DNA of 64,000 nt, taken from assembly GCF_022539665.2 (NCBI RefSeq), contig NC_081332.1, positions 434,001 through 498,000 on the forward strand. The letters run 5' to 3'. The position numbers and the translations under genes are program-made. Of this stretch, positions 1-10,943 are shown piece by piece. The stretch is from Daphnia carinata (Eukaryota). The notes beneath the pieces are model-generated. The model did not search any database. It saw nothing but the letters and a program-made list of their open reading frames with translations, and was not told the origin of the DNA. Positions within the stretch are counted from its first letter, which is position 1; each line of letters begins with the position of its first letter.

Positions 1-101
1 GTTATTCTAAAGAAATTTGGGCCTCTTCATGACTACTAGGGGCGAGGAAGGGCGTTTTACACCAAAATGATTTGTGTAACTGAAATAGGTAAACGCACTA
101 G

Positions 102-175
102 TGGCCCGTAAGAGGATCGAACTCATGACCTTCGCGTTATTAGCACGACGCTCTAACCAGCTGAGCTAACAGGCC
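102..175 (-). tRNA. tRNA-Ile-AAT: tRNA-Ile(AAT) copy a, unit 1
   Basis: Revcomp GGCCTGTTAGCTCAGCTGG...TCGTG-CT-AAT-AA-CGCGA...TTCGATC...ACGGGCCA folds as a cloverleaf. Confidence 0.96.
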
Positions 176-413
176 ACGGAATATGCTCGCACGCACGAAA
201 AATCAGCGAGTGCATTCGCAAGCAGAACATGCCATAGCCCACGTAAAATGAAAGAAAGCCGTCAAACAACCAGCGAAGGATTAGAAAAGCCCAAGAAAAA
301 GCCCCCTTCAAGAACACTTCCAGCTTGACTGAAGGAATTGAGGGCCGAATGGTTATCAAACGCGTGCCACGAAAGGAGACTGGATTTTCAGAAAAATAAG
401 TAATAGTCTTACA

Positions 414-486
414 CGCCCAACGTGGGGCTCGAACCCACGACCCTGAGATTAAGAGTCTCATGCTCTACCGACTGAGCTAGCCAGGC
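414..486 (-). tRNA. tRNA-Lys-CTT: tRNA-Lys(CTT), unit 1
   Basis: Revcomp GCCTGGCTAGCTCAGTCGGTAGAGCATGAGA-CT-CTT-AA-TCTCAGGGTCGTGGGTTCGAGCCCCACGTTGGGCG, near-canonical eukaryotic tRNA-Lys. Confidence 0.97.
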
Positions 487-884
487 ACACGTTATGTAGA
501 AGTGCTTGCATTTGATGTGACACCCTTTCCGCTATGTTTTGGAAAAACCATCTCTTTTAATATGCTAATTAACAAGACATGAACTGCAATCAATAAATTA
601 AACAAACTCTTTACTACCAATAAAAATTCACCCTGTGATTCATTTTTAATGGATACTGGAAGTATCTGGAGGTTTCGGCTGTAAGTCGGAAGACTTAGAA
701 GCCCAATCATAGATGACCATAGCTGCACTGCAGCTGGCACTATGATTTGCAAACTTCCTATAATTACATATAATCAGTTGATGTTGTTGCTGACAAAGCA
801 ATGACGATGTACTAATTTCGGTACTACTGCAATCACGAGAAGTAGGTAGTTTAAATACTGCGTTGAAAGAGTAACATTCGTTAC

Positions 885-958
885 TGGCCCGTAGGAGGAT
901 CGAACTCATGACCTCCGCGTTATTAGCACGGCGCTCTAACCAACTGAGCTAACGGGCC
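885..958 (-). tRNA. tRNA-Ile-AAT: tRNA-Ile(AAT) copy b, unit 1
   Basis: Revcomp GGCCCGTTAGCTCAGTTGG...CCGTG-CT-AAT-AA-CGCGG...ACGGGCCA. Confidence 0.96.
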
Positions 959-1030
959 TTGATTGACTTAAAAAATTTCTAAAATATGAGTGTGTGTTAA
1001 TGGGCAAAAAACTACAAAAATACTATAAAA

Positions 1031-1112
1031 TGACAGTGAAGGGATTCGAACCCTTGCCTCCGAAGAGACTGGTGCCTAAAACCAGCGCCATAGACCACTC
1101 GGCCACACTATC
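1031..1112 (-). tRNA. tRNA-Leu-TAG: tRNA-Leu(TAG), unit 1
   Basis: Revcomp GATAGTG...CTGGT-TT-TAG-GC-ACCAG, long variable arm TCTCTTCGGAG, T-arm AAGGG/CCCTT, T-run terminator immediately 3'. Confidence 0.95.
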
Positions 1113-1274
1113 CAATAGTTATATGGTTCCCGTACATCAATTTATTTGCTGCACCATAGTTATATTGTTCACAATAGAAAAACATACCTGGTACTAAACG
1201 CTACGAAGATTACATTACCCATCAAGATAATAACTGTACAGCATGTAAATGACTTATCAAATTGTTTGGGAAAT

Positions 1275-1356
1275 CGCAGACAGCAGGGTTCGAACCTGCG
1301 CTCCAAGATGGAAACAGATTTCAAGTCTGTCGCCTTAACCACTCGGCCATGTCTGC
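1275..1356 (-). tRNA. tRNA-Ser-TGA: tRNA-Ser(TGA), unit 1
   Basis: Revcomp GCAGACA...ACAGA-CT-TGA-AA-TCTGT, variable arm TCCA/TGGA, G73. Confidence 0.95.
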
Positions 1357-1745
1357 TTGTATTCGCCCATGCAATAACATTGCACGGTAAAACCCAGCTC
1401 TATAAAGCCCCATTCAAAAAAGTTTGCATAAACTTTTATTCCCAGTGGGAATTCATTTCTACTGTTCTAATAACAAATAAAACTAGGTGATGAAGATGTA
1501 AGCAGCCGGAAGAGCAATTGTGTGCTGTAGATTACTTATCTGCACGAAAGGGGCACAAATGGAATCTTCTTTGGGCGATCACCTGCCACTCTGTCGCATG
1601 GCTACTTTACTACCTCATAGCTGTCATTGTTTGATTTGGGGCACGTTATTCTAAAGAAATTTGGGCCTCTTCATGACTACTAGGGGCGAGGAAGGGCGTT
1701 TTACACCAAAATGATTTGTGTAACTGAAATAGGTAAACGCACTAG

Positions 1746-1819
1746 TGGCCCGTAAGAGGATCGAACTCATGACCTTCGCGTTATTAGCACGACGCTCTAA
1801 CCAGCTGAGCTAACAGGCC
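1746..1819 (-). tRNA. tRNA-Ile-AAT: tRNA-Ile(AAT) a, unit 2
   Basis: copy of 102-175. Confidence 0.95.
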
Positions 1820-2057
1820 ACGGAATATGCTCGCACGCACGAAAAATCAGCGAGTGCATTCGCAAGCAGAACATGCCATAGCCCACGTAAAATGAAAGAA
1901 AGCCGTCAAACAACCAGCGAAGGATTAGAAAAGCCCAAGAAAAAGCCCCCTTCAAGAACACTTCCAGCTTGACTGAAGGAATTGAGGGCCGAATGGTTAT
2001 CAAACGCGTGCCACGAAAGGAGACTGGATTTTCAGAAAAATAAGTAATAGTCTTACA

Positions 2058-2130
2058 CGCCCAACGTGGGGCTCGAACCCACGACCCTGAGATTAAGAGT
2101 CTCATGCTCTACCGACTGAGCTAGCCAGGC
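2058..2130 (-). tRNA. tRNA-Lys-CTT: tRNA-Lys(CTT), unit 2
   Basis: copy of 414-486. Confidence 0.95.
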
Positions 2131-2528
2131 ACACGTTATGTAGAAGTGCTTGCATTTGATGTGACACCCTTTCCGCTATGTTTTGGAAAAACCATCTCTT
2201 TTAATATGCTAATTAACAAGACATGAACTGCAATCAATAAATTAAACAAACTCTTTACTACCAATAAAAATTCACCCTGTGATTCATTTTTAATGGATAC
2301 TGGAAGTATCTGGAGGTTTCGGCTGTAAGTCGGAAGACTTAGAAGCCCAATCATAGATGACCATAGCTGCACTGCAGCTGGCACTATGATTTGCAAACTT
2401 CCTATAATTACATATAATCAGTTGATGTTGTTGCTGACAAAGCAATGACGATGTACTAATTTCGGTACTACTGCAATCACGAGAAGTAGGTAGTTTAAAT
2501 ACTGCGTTGAAAGAGTAACATTCGTTAC

Positions 2529-2602
2529 TGGCCCGTATGAGGATCGAACTCATGACCTCCGCGTTATTAGCACGGCGCTCTAACCAACTGAGCTAACGGG
2601 CC
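2529..2602 (-). tRNA. tRNA-Ile-AAT: tRNA-Ile(AAT) b, unit 2 (T-stem variant at 2538)
   Basis: copy of 885-958 with g>t at 2538. Confidence 0.95.
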
Positions 2603-2674
2603 TTGATTGACTTAAAAAATTTCTAAAATATGAGTGTGTGTTAATGGGCAAAAAACTACAAAAATACTATAAAA

Positions 2675-2756
2675 TGACAGTGAAGGGATTCGAACCCTTG
2701 CCTCCGAAGAGACTGGTGCCTAAAACCAGCGCCATAGACCACTCGGCCACACTATC
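2675..2756 (-). tRNA. tRNA-Leu-TAG: tRNA-Leu(TAG), unit 2
   Basis: copy of 1031-1112. Confidence 0.95.
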
Positions 2757-2918
2757 CAATAGTTATATGGTTCCCGTACATCAATTTATTTGCTGCACCA
2801 TAGTTATATTGTTCACAATAGAAAAACATACCTGGTACTAAACGCTACGAAGATTACATTACCCATCAAGATAATAACTGTACAGCATGTAAATGACTTA
2901 TCAAATTGTTTGGGAAAT

Positions 2919-3000
2919 CGCAGACAGCAGGGTTCGAACCTGCGCTCCAAGATGGAAACAGATTTCAAGTCTGTCGCCTTAACCACTCGGCCATGTCTGC
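2919..3000 (-). tRNA. tRNA-Ser-TGA: tRNA-Ser(TGA), unit 2
   Basis: copy of 1275-1356. Confidence 0.95.
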
Positions 3001-3388
3001 TTGTATTCGCCCATGCAATAACATTGCACGGTAAAACCCAGCTCTATAAAGCCCCATTCAAAAAAGTTTGCATAAACTTTTATTCCCAGTGGGAATTCAT
3101 TTCTACTGTTCTAATAACAAATAAAACTAGGTGATGAAGATGTAAGCAGCCGGAAGAGCAATTGTGTGCTGTAGATTACTTATCTGCACGAAAGGGGCAC
3201 AAATGGAATCTTCTTTGGGCGATCACCTGCCACTCTGTCGCATGGCTACTTTACTACCTCATAGCTGTCATTGTTTGATTTGGGGCACGTTATTCTAAAG
3301 AAATTTGGGCCTCTTCATGACTACTAGGGGCGAGGAAGGGCGTTTTACACCAAAATGATTTGTGTAACTGAAATAGGTAAACGCACTA

Positions 3389-3462
3389 TGGCCCGTAAGA
3401 GGATCGAACTCATGACCTTCGCGTTATTAGCACGACGCTCTAACCAGCTGAGCTAACAGGCC
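3389..3462 (-). tRNA. tRNA-Ile-AAT: tRNA-Ile(AAT) a, unit 3
   Basis: copy of 102-175. Confidence 0.95.
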
Positions 3463-3700
3463 ACGGAATATGCTCGCACGCACGAAAAATCAGCGAGTGC
3501 ATTCGCAAGCAGAACATGCCATAGCCCACGTAAAATGAAAGAAAGCCGTCAAACAACCAGCGAAGGATTAGAAAAGCCCAAGAAAAAGCCCCCTTCAAGA
3601 ACACTTCCAGCTTGACTGAAGGAATTGAGGGCCGAATGGTTATCAAACGCGTGCCACGAAAGGAGACTGGATTTTCAGAAAAATAAGTAATAGTCTTACA

Positions 3701-3773
3701 CGCCCAACGTGGGGCTCGAACCCACGACCCTGAGATTAAGAGTCTCATGCTCTACCGACTGAGCTAGCCAGGC
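3701..3773 (-). tRNA. tRNA-Lys-CTT: tRNA-Lys(CTT), unit 3
   Basis: copy of 414-486. Confidence 0.95.
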
Positions 3774-4171
3774 ACACGTTATGTAGAAGTGCTTGCATTT
3801 GATGTGACACCCTTTCCGCTATGTTTTGGAAAAACCATCTCTTTTAATATGCTAATTAACAAGACATGAACTGCAATCAATAAATTAAACAAACTCTTTA
3901 CTACCAATAAAAATTCACCCTGTGATTCATTTTTAATGGATACTGGAAGTATCTGGAGGTTTCGGCTGTAAGTCGGAAGACTTAGAAGCCCAATCATAGA
4001 TGACCATAGCTGCACTGCAGCTGGCACTATGATTTGCAAACTTCCTATAATTACATATAATCAGTTGATGTTGTTGCTGACAAAGCAATGACGATGTACT
4101 AATTTCGGTACTACTGCAATCACGAGAAGTAGGTAGTTTAAATACTGCGTTGAAAGAGTAACATTCGTTAC

Positions 4172-4245
4172 TGGCCCGTAGGAGGATCGAACTCATGACC
4201 TCCGCGTTATTAGCACGGCGCTCTAACCAACTGAGCTAACGGGCC
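4172..4245 (-). tRNA. tRNA-Ile-AAT: tRNA-Ile(AAT) b, unit 3
   Basis: copy of 885-958. Confidence 0.95.
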
Positions 4246-4317
4246 TTGATTGACTTAAAAAATTTCTAAAATATGAGTGTGTGTTAATGGGCAAAAAACT
4301 ACAAAAATACTATAAAA

Positions 4318-4399
4318 TGACAGTGAAGGGATTCGAACCCTTGCCTCCGAAGAGACTGGTGCCTAAAACCAGCGCCATAGACCACTCGGCCACACTATC
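4318..4399 (-). tRNA. tRNA-Leu-TAG: tRNA-Leu(TAG), unit 3
   Basis: copy of 1031-1112. Confidence 0.95.
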
Positions 4400-4561
4400 C
4401 AATAGTTATATGGTTCCCGTACATCAATTTATTTGCTGCACCATAGTTATATTGTTCACAATAGAAAAACATACCTGGTACTAAACGCTACGAAGATTAC
4501 ATTACCCATCAAGATAATAACTGTACAGCATGTAAATGACTTATCAAATTGTTTGGGAAAT

Positions 4562-4643
4562 CGCAGACAGCAGGGTTCGAACCTGCGCTCCAAGATGGAA
4601 ACAGATTTCAAGTCTGTCGCCTTAACCACTCGGCCATGTCTGC
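4562..4643 (-). tRNA. tRNA-Ser-TGA: tRNA-Ser(TGA), unit 3
   Basis: copy of 1275-1356. Confidence 0.95.
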
Positions 4644-5032
4644 TTGTATTCGCCCATGCAATAACATTGCACGGTAAAACCCAGCTCTATAAAGCCCCAT
4701 TCAAAAAAGTTTGCATAAACTTTTATTCCCAGTGGGAATTCATTTCTACTGTTCTAATAACAAATAAAACTAGGTGATGAAGATGTAAGCAGCCGGAAGA
4801 GCAATTGTGTGCTGTAGATTACTTATCTGCACGAAAGGGGCACAAATGGAATCTTCTTTGGGCGATCACCTGCCACTCTGTCGCATGGCTACTTTACTAC
4901 CTCATAGCTGTCATTGTTTGATTTGGGGCACGTTATTCTAAAGAAATTTGGGCCTCTTCATGACTACTAGGGGCGAGGAAGGGCGTTTTACACCAAAATG
5001 ATTTGTGTAACTGAAATAGGTAAACGCACTAG

Positions 5033-5106
5033 TGGCCCGTAAGAGGATCGAACTCATGACCTTCGCGTTATTAGCACGACGCTCTAACCAGCTGAGCTAA
5101 CAGGCC
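5033..5106 (-). tRNA. tRNA-Ile-AAT: tRNA-Ile(AAT) a, unit 4
   Basis: copy of 102-175. Confidence 0.95.
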
Positions 5107-5344
5107 ACGGAATATGCTCGCACGCACGAAAAATCAGCGAGTGCATTCGCAAGCAGAACATGCCATAGCCCACGTAAAATGAAAGAAAGCCGTCAAACAA
5201 CCAGCGAAGGATTAGAAAAGCCCAAGAAAAAGCCCCCTTCAAGAACACTTCCAGCTTGACTGAAGGAATTGAGGGCCGAATGGTTATCAAACGCGTGCCA
5301 CGAAAGGAGACTGGATTTTCAGAAAAATAAGTAATAGTCTTACA

Positions 5345-5417
5345 CGCCCAACGTGGGGCTCGAACCCACGACCCTGAGATTAAGAGTCTCATGCTCTACC
5401 GACTGAGCTAGCCAGGC
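5345..5417 (-). tRNA. tRNA-Lys-CTT: tRNA-Lys(CTT), unit 4
   Basis: copy of 414-486. Confidence 0.95.
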
Positions 5418-5815
5418 ACACGTTATGTAGAAGTGCTTGCATTTGATGTGACACCCTTTCCGCTATGTTTTGGAAAAACCATCTCTTTTAATATGCTAAT
5501 TAACAAGACATGAACTGCAATCAATAAATTAAACAAACTCTTTACTACCAATAAAAATTCACCCTGTGATTCATTTTTAATGGATACTGGAAGTATCTGG
5601 AGGTTTCGGCTGTAAGTCGGAAGACTTAGAAGCCCAATCATAGATGACCATAGCTGCACTGCAGCTGGCACTATGATTTGCAAACTTCCTATAATTACAT
5701 ATAATCAGTTGATGTTGTTGCTGACAAAGCAATGACGATGTACTAATTTCGGTACTACTGCAATCACGAGAAGTAGGTAGTTTAAATACTGCGTTGAAAG
5801 AGTAACATTCGTTAC

Positions 5816-5889
5816 TGGCCCGTAGGAGGATCGAACTCATGACCTCCGCGTTATTAGCACGGCGCTCTAACCAACTGAGCTAACGGGCC
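5816..5889 (-). tRNA. tRNA-Ile-AAT: tRNA-Ile(AAT) b, unit 4
   Basis: copy of 885-958. Confidence 0.95.
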
Positions 5890-5961
5890 TTGATTGACTT
5901 AAAAAATTTCTAAAATATGAGTGTGTGTTAATGGGCAAAAAACTACAAAAATACTATAAAA

Positions 5962-6043
5962 TGACAGTGAAGGGATTCGAACCCTTGCCTCCGAAGAGAC
6001 TGGTGCCTAAAACCAGCGCCATAGACCACTCGGCCACACTATC
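5962..6043 (-). tRNA. tRNA-Leu-TAG: tRNA-Leu(TAG), unit 4
   Basis: copy of 1031-1112. Confidence 0.95.
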
Positions 6044-6205
6044 CAATAGTTATATGGTTCCCGTACATCAATTTATTTGCTGCACCATAGTTATATTGTT
6101 CACAATAGAAAAACATACCTGGTACTAAACGCTACGAAGATTACATTACCCATCAAGATAATAACTGTACAGCATGTAAATGACTTATCAAATTGTTTGG
6201 GAAAT

Positions 6206-6287
6206 CGCAGACAGCAGGGTTCGAACCTGCGCTCCAAGATGGAAACAGATTTCAAGTCTGTCGCCTTAACCACTCGGCCATGTCTGC
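6206..6287 (-). tRNA. tRNA-Ser-TGA: tRNA-Ser(TGA), unit 4
   Basis: copy of 1275-1356. Confidence 0.95.
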
Positions 6288-6673
6288 TTGTATTCGCCCA
6301 TGCAATAACATTGCACGGTAAAACCCAGCTCTATAAAGCCCCATTCAAAAAAGTTTGCATAAACTTTTATTCCCAGTGGGAATTCATTTCTACTGTTCTA
6401 ATAACAAATAAAACTAGGTGATGAAGATGTAAGCAGCCGGAAGAGCAATTGTGTGCTGTAGATTACTTATCTGCACGAAAGGGGCACAAATGGAATCTTC
6501 TTTGGGCGCACCTGCCACTCTGTCGCATGGCTACTTTACTACCTCATAGCTGTCATTGTTTGATTTGGGGCACGTTATTCTAAAGAAATTTGGGCCTCTT
6601 CATGACTACTAGGGGCGAGGAAGGGCGTTTTACACCAAAATGATTTGTGTAACTGAAATAGGTAAACGCACTA

Positions 6674-6747
6674 TGGCCCGTAAGAGGATCGAACTCATGA
6701 CCTTCGCGTTATTAGCACGACGCTCTAACCAGCTGAGCTAACAGGCC
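6674..6747 (-). tRNA. tRNA-Ile-AAT: tRNA-Ile(AAT) a, unit 5
   Basis: copy of 102-175. Confidence 0.95.
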
Positions 6748-6984
6748 ACGGAATATGCTCGCACGCACGAAAAATCAGCGAGTGCATTCGCAAGCAGAAC
6801 ATGCCATAGCCCACGTAAAATGAAAGAAAGCCGTCAAACAACCAGCGAAGGATTAGAAAAGCCCAAGAAAAAGCCCCTTCAAGAACACTTCCAGCTTGAC
6901 TGAAGGAATTGAGGGCCGAATGGTTATCAAACGCGTGCCACGAAAGCAGACTGGATTTTCAGAAAAATAAGTAATAGTCTTACA

Positions 6985-7057
6985 CGCCCAACGTGGGGCT
7001 CGAACCCACGACCCTGAGATTAAGAGTCTCATGCTCTACCGACTGAGCTAGCCAGGC
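6985..7057 (-). tRNA. tRNA-Lys-CTT: tRNA-Lys(CTT), unit 5
   Basis: copy of 414-486. Confidence 0.95.
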
Positions 7058-7455
7058 ACACGTTATGTAGAAGTGCTTGCATTTGATGTGACACCCTTTC
7101 CGCTATGTTTTGGAAAAACCATCTCTTTTAATATGCTAATTAACAAGACATGAACTGCAATCAATAAATTAAACAAACTCTTTACTACCAATAAAAATTC
7201 ACCCTGTGATTCATTTTTAATGGATACTGGAAGTATCTGGAGGTTTCGGCTGTAAGTCGGAAGACTTAGAAGCCCAATCATAGATGACCATAGCTGCACT
7301 GCAGCTGGCACTATGATTTGCAAACTTCCTATAATTACATATAATCAGTTGATATTGTTGCTGACAAGGCAATGACGATGTACTAATTTCGGTACTACTG
7401 CAATCACGAGAAGTAGGTAGTTTAAATACTGCGTTGAAAGAGTAACATTCGTTAC

Positions 7456-7529
7456 TGGCCCGTAGGAGGATCGAACTCATGACCTCCGCGTTATTAGCAC
7501 GGCGCTCTAACCAACTGAGCTAACGGGCC
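7456..7529 (-). tRNA. tRNA-Ile-AAT: tRNA-Ile(AAT) b, unit 5
   Basis: copy of 885-958. Confidence 0.95.
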
Positions 7530-7601
7530 TTGATTGACTTAAAAAATTTCTAAAATATGAGTGTGTGTTAATGTGCAAAAAACTACAAAAATACTATAAA
7601 A

Positions 7602-7683
7602 TGACAGTGAAGGGATTCGAACCCTTGCCTCCGAAGAGACTGGTGCCTAAAACCAGCGCCATAGACCACTCGGCCACACTATC
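7602..7683 (-). tRNA. tRNA-Leu-TAG: tRNA-Leu(TAG), unit 5
   Basis: copy of 1031-1112. Confidence 0.95.
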
Positions 7684-7845
7684 CAATAGTTATATGGTTC
7701 CCGTACATCAATTTATTTGCTGCACCATAGTTATATTGTTCACAATAGAAAAACATACCTGGTACTAAACGCTACGAAGATTACATTACCCATCAAGATA
7801 ATAACTGCACAGCATGTAAATGACTTATCAAATTGTTTGGGAGAT

Positions 7846-7927
7846 CGCAGACAGCAGGGTTCGAACCTGCGCTCCAAGATGGAAACAGATTTCAAGTCTG
7901 TCGCCTTAACCACTCGGCCATGTCTGC
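7846..7927 (-). tRNA. tRNA-Ser-TGA: tRNA-Ser(TGA), unit 5 first copy
   Basis: copy of 1275-1356. Confidence 0.95.
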
Positions 7928-7974
7928 TTGTATTCGCCCATGCAATAACATTGCACGGTAACAGATTTACCTTG

Positions 7975-8056
7975 CGCAGACAGCAGGGTTCGAACCTGCG
8001 CTCCAAGATGGAAACAGATTTCAAGTCTGTCGCCTTAACCACTCGGCCATGTCTGC
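7975..8056 (-). tRNA. tRNA-Ser-TGA: tRNA-Ser(TGA), unit 5 extra tandem copy
   Basis: identical gene repeated 129 bp further on, unique to unit 5. Confidence 0.93.
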
Positions 8057-8445
8057 TTGTATTCGCCCATGCAATAACATTGCACGGTAAAACCCAGCTC
8101 TATAAAGCCCCATTCAAAAAAGTTTGCATAAACTTTTATTCCCAGTGGGAATTCATTTCTACTGTTCTAATAACAAATAAAACTAGGTGATGAAGATGTA
8201 AGCAGCCGGAAGAGCAATTGTGTGCTGTAGATTACTTATCTGCACGAAAGGGGCACAAATGGAATCTTCTTTGGGCGATCACCTGCCACTCTGTCGCATG
8301 GCTACTTTACTACCTCATAGCTGTCATTGTTTGATTTGGGGCACGTTATTCTAAAGAAATTTGGGCCTCTTCATGACTACTAGGGGCGAGGAAGGGCGTT
8401 TTACACCAAAATGATTTGTGTAACTGAAATAGGTAAACGCACTAG

Positions 8446-8519
8446 TGGCCCGTAAGAGGATCGAACTCATGACCTTCGCGTTATTAGCACGACGCTCTAA
8501 CCAGCTGAGCTAACAGGCC
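8446..8519 (-). tRNA. tRNA-Ile-AAT: tRNA-Ile(AAT) a, unit 6
   Basis: copy of 102-175. Confidence 0.95.
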
Positions 8520-8757
8520 ACGGAATATGCTCGCACGCACGAAAAATCAGCGAGTGCATTCGCAAGCAGAACATGCCATAGCCCACGTAAAATGAAAGAA
8601 AGCCGTCAAACAACCAGCGAAGGATTAGAAAAGCCCAAGAAAAAGCCCCCTTCAAGAACACTTCCAGCTTGACTGAAGGAATTGAGGGCCGAATGGTTAT
8701 CAAACGCGTGCCACGAAAGCAGACTGGATTTTCAGAAAAATAAGTAATAGTCTTATT

Positions 8758-8830
8758 CGCCCTACGTGGGGCTCAAAGCCATGACCATGAGATTAGAAGT
8801 CTCATGCTCTACCGACTCAGCTAGCCAGGC
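8758..8830 (-). pseudogene. Divergent tRNA-Lys-derived copy (anticodon reads TCT; T-loop/B-box mutated), unit 6
   Basis: 12 substitutions vs other units over 8756-8832, incl. TTCGA>TTTGA and CTT>TCT. Confidence 0.8.
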
Positions 8831-9228
8831 CTACGTTATGTAGAAGTGCTTGCATTTGATGTGACACCCTTTCCGCTATGTTTTGGAAAAACCATCTCTT
8901 TTAATATGCTAATTAACAAGACATGAACTGCAATCAATAAATTAAACAAACTCTTTACTACCAATAAAAATTCACCCTGTGATTCATTTTTAATGGATAC
9001 TGGAAGTATCTGGAGGTTTCGGCTGTAAGTCGGAAGACTTAGAAGCCCAATCATAGATGACCATAGCTGCACTGCAGCTGGCACTATGATTTGCAAACTT
9101 CCTATAATTACATATAATCAGTTGATATTGTTGCTGACAAGGCAATGACGATGTACTAATTTCGGTACTACTGCAATCACGAGAAGTAGGTAGTTTAAAT
9201 ACTGCGTTGAAAGAGTAACATTCGTTAC

Positions 9229-9302
9229 TGGCCCGTAGGAGGATCGAACTCATGACCTCCGCGTTATTAGCACGGCGCTCTAACCAACTGAGCTAACGGG
9301 CC
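9229..9302 (-). tRNA. tRNA-Ile-AAT: tRNA-Ile(AAT) b, unit 6
   Basis: copy of 885-958. Confidence 0.95.
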
Positions 9303-9374
9303 TTGATTGACTTAAAAAATTTCTAAAATATGAGTGTGTGTTAATGTGCAAAAAACTACAAAAATACTATAAAA

Positions 9375-9456
9375 TGACAGTGAAGGGATTCGAACCCTTG
9401 CCTCCGAAGAGACTGGTGCCTAAAACCAGCGCCATAGACCACTCGGCCACACTATC
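9375..9456 (-). tRNA. tRNA-Leu-TAG: tRNA-Leu(TAG), unit 6
   Basis: copy of 1031-1112. Confidence 0.95.
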
Positions 9457-9618
9457 CAATAGTTATATGGTTCCCGTACATCAATTTATTTGCTGCACCA
9501 TAGTTATATTGTTCACAATAGAAAAACATACCTGGTACTAAACGCTACGAAGATTACATTACCCATCAAGATAATAACTGCACAGCATGTAAATGACTTA
9601 TCAAATTGTTTGGGAGAT

Positions 9619-9700
9619 CGCAGACAGCAGGGTTCGAACCTGCGCTCCAAGATGGAAACAGATTTCAAGTCTGTCGCCTTAACCACTCGGCCATGTCTGC
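9619..9700 (-). tRNA. tRNA-Ser-TGA: tRNA-Ser(TGA), unit 6
   Basis: copy of 1275-1356. Confidence 0.95.
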
Positions 9701-10089
9701 TTGTATTCGCCCATGCAATAACATTGCACGGTAAAACCCAGCTCTATAAAGCCCCATTCAAAAAAGTTTGCATAAACTTTTATTCCCAGTGGGAATTCAT
9801 TTCTACTGTTCTAATAACAAATAAAACTAGGTGATGAAGATGTAAGCAGCCGGAAGAGCAATTGTGTGCTGTAGATTACTTATCTGCACGAAAGGGGCAC
9901 AAATGGAATCTTCTTTGGGCGATCACCTGCCACTCTGTCGCATGGCTACTTTACTACCTCATAGCTGTCATTGTTTGATTTGGGGCACGTTATTCTAAAG
10001 AAATTTGGGCCTCTTCATGACTACTAGGGGCGAGGAAGGGCGTTTTACACCAAAATGATTTGTGTAACTGAAATAGGTAAACGCACTAA

Positions 10090-10163
10090 TGGCCCGTAAG
10101 AGGATCGAACTCTTGACCTTCGCGTTATTAGCACGACGCTCTAACCAGCTGAGCTAACAGGCC
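10090..10163 (-). tRNA. tRNA-Ile-AAT: tRNA-Ile(AAT) a, unit 7 (T-stem variant at 10113)
   Basis: copy of 102-175 with a>t at 10113. Confidence 0.95.
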
Positions 10164-10398
10164 ACGGAATATGCTCGCACGCACGAAAAATCAGCGAGTG
10201 CATTCGCAAGCAGAACATGCCATAGCCCACGTAAAATGAAAGAAAGCCGTCAAACAACCAGCGAAGGTAGAAAAGCCCAAGAAAAAGCCCCTTCAAGAAC
10301 ACTTCCAGCTTGACTGAAGGAATTGAGGGCCGAATGGTTATCAAACGCGTGCCACGAAAGCAGACTGGATTTTCAGAAAAATAAGTAATAGTCTTACA

Positions 10399-10471
10399 CG
10401 CCCAACGTGGGGCTCGAACCCACGACCCTGAGATTAAGAGTCTCATGCTCTACCGACTGAGCTAGCCAGGC
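10399..10471 (-). tRNA. tRNA-Lys-CTT: tRNA-Lys(CTT), unit 7
   Basis: copy of 414-486. Confidence 0.95.
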
Positions 10472-10869
10472 ACACGTTATGTAGAAGTGCTTGCATTTGA
10501 TGTGACACCCTTTCCGCTATGTTTTGGAAAAACCATCTCTTTTAATATGCTAATTAACAAGACATGAACTGCAATCAATAAATTAAACAAACTCTTTACT
10601 ACCAATAAAAATTCACCCTGTGATTCATTTTTAATGGATACTGGAAGTATCTGGAGGTTTCGGCTGTAAGTCGGAAGACTTAGAAGCCCAATCATAGATG
10701 ACCATAGCTGCACTGCAGCTGGCACTATGATTTGCAAACTTCCTATAATTACATATAATCAGTTGATATTGTTGCTGACAAGGCAATGACGATGTACTAA
10801 TTTCGGTACTACTGCAATCACGAGAAGTAGGTAGTTTAAATACTGCGTTGAAAGAGTAACATTCGTTAC

Positions 10870-10943
10870 TGGCCCGTAGGAGGATCGAACTCATGACCTC
10901 CGCGTTATTAGCACGGCGCTCTAACCAACTGAGCTAACGGGCC
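10870..10943 (-). tRNA. tRNA-Ile-AAT: tRNA-Ile(AAT) b, unit 7
   Basis: copy of 885-958. Confidence 0.95.

Noticed and set aside
1275..1356. Selenocysteine or suppressor tRNA
   Set aside because: Anticodon TGA reads TCA (Ser) and Leu TAG reads CTA; both are ordinary tRNAs
1604..1617. let-7-like TGAGGTAGTAAAGT on minus strand in each unit
   Set aside because: Only the 5' part matches and no pre-miRNA hairpin is evident
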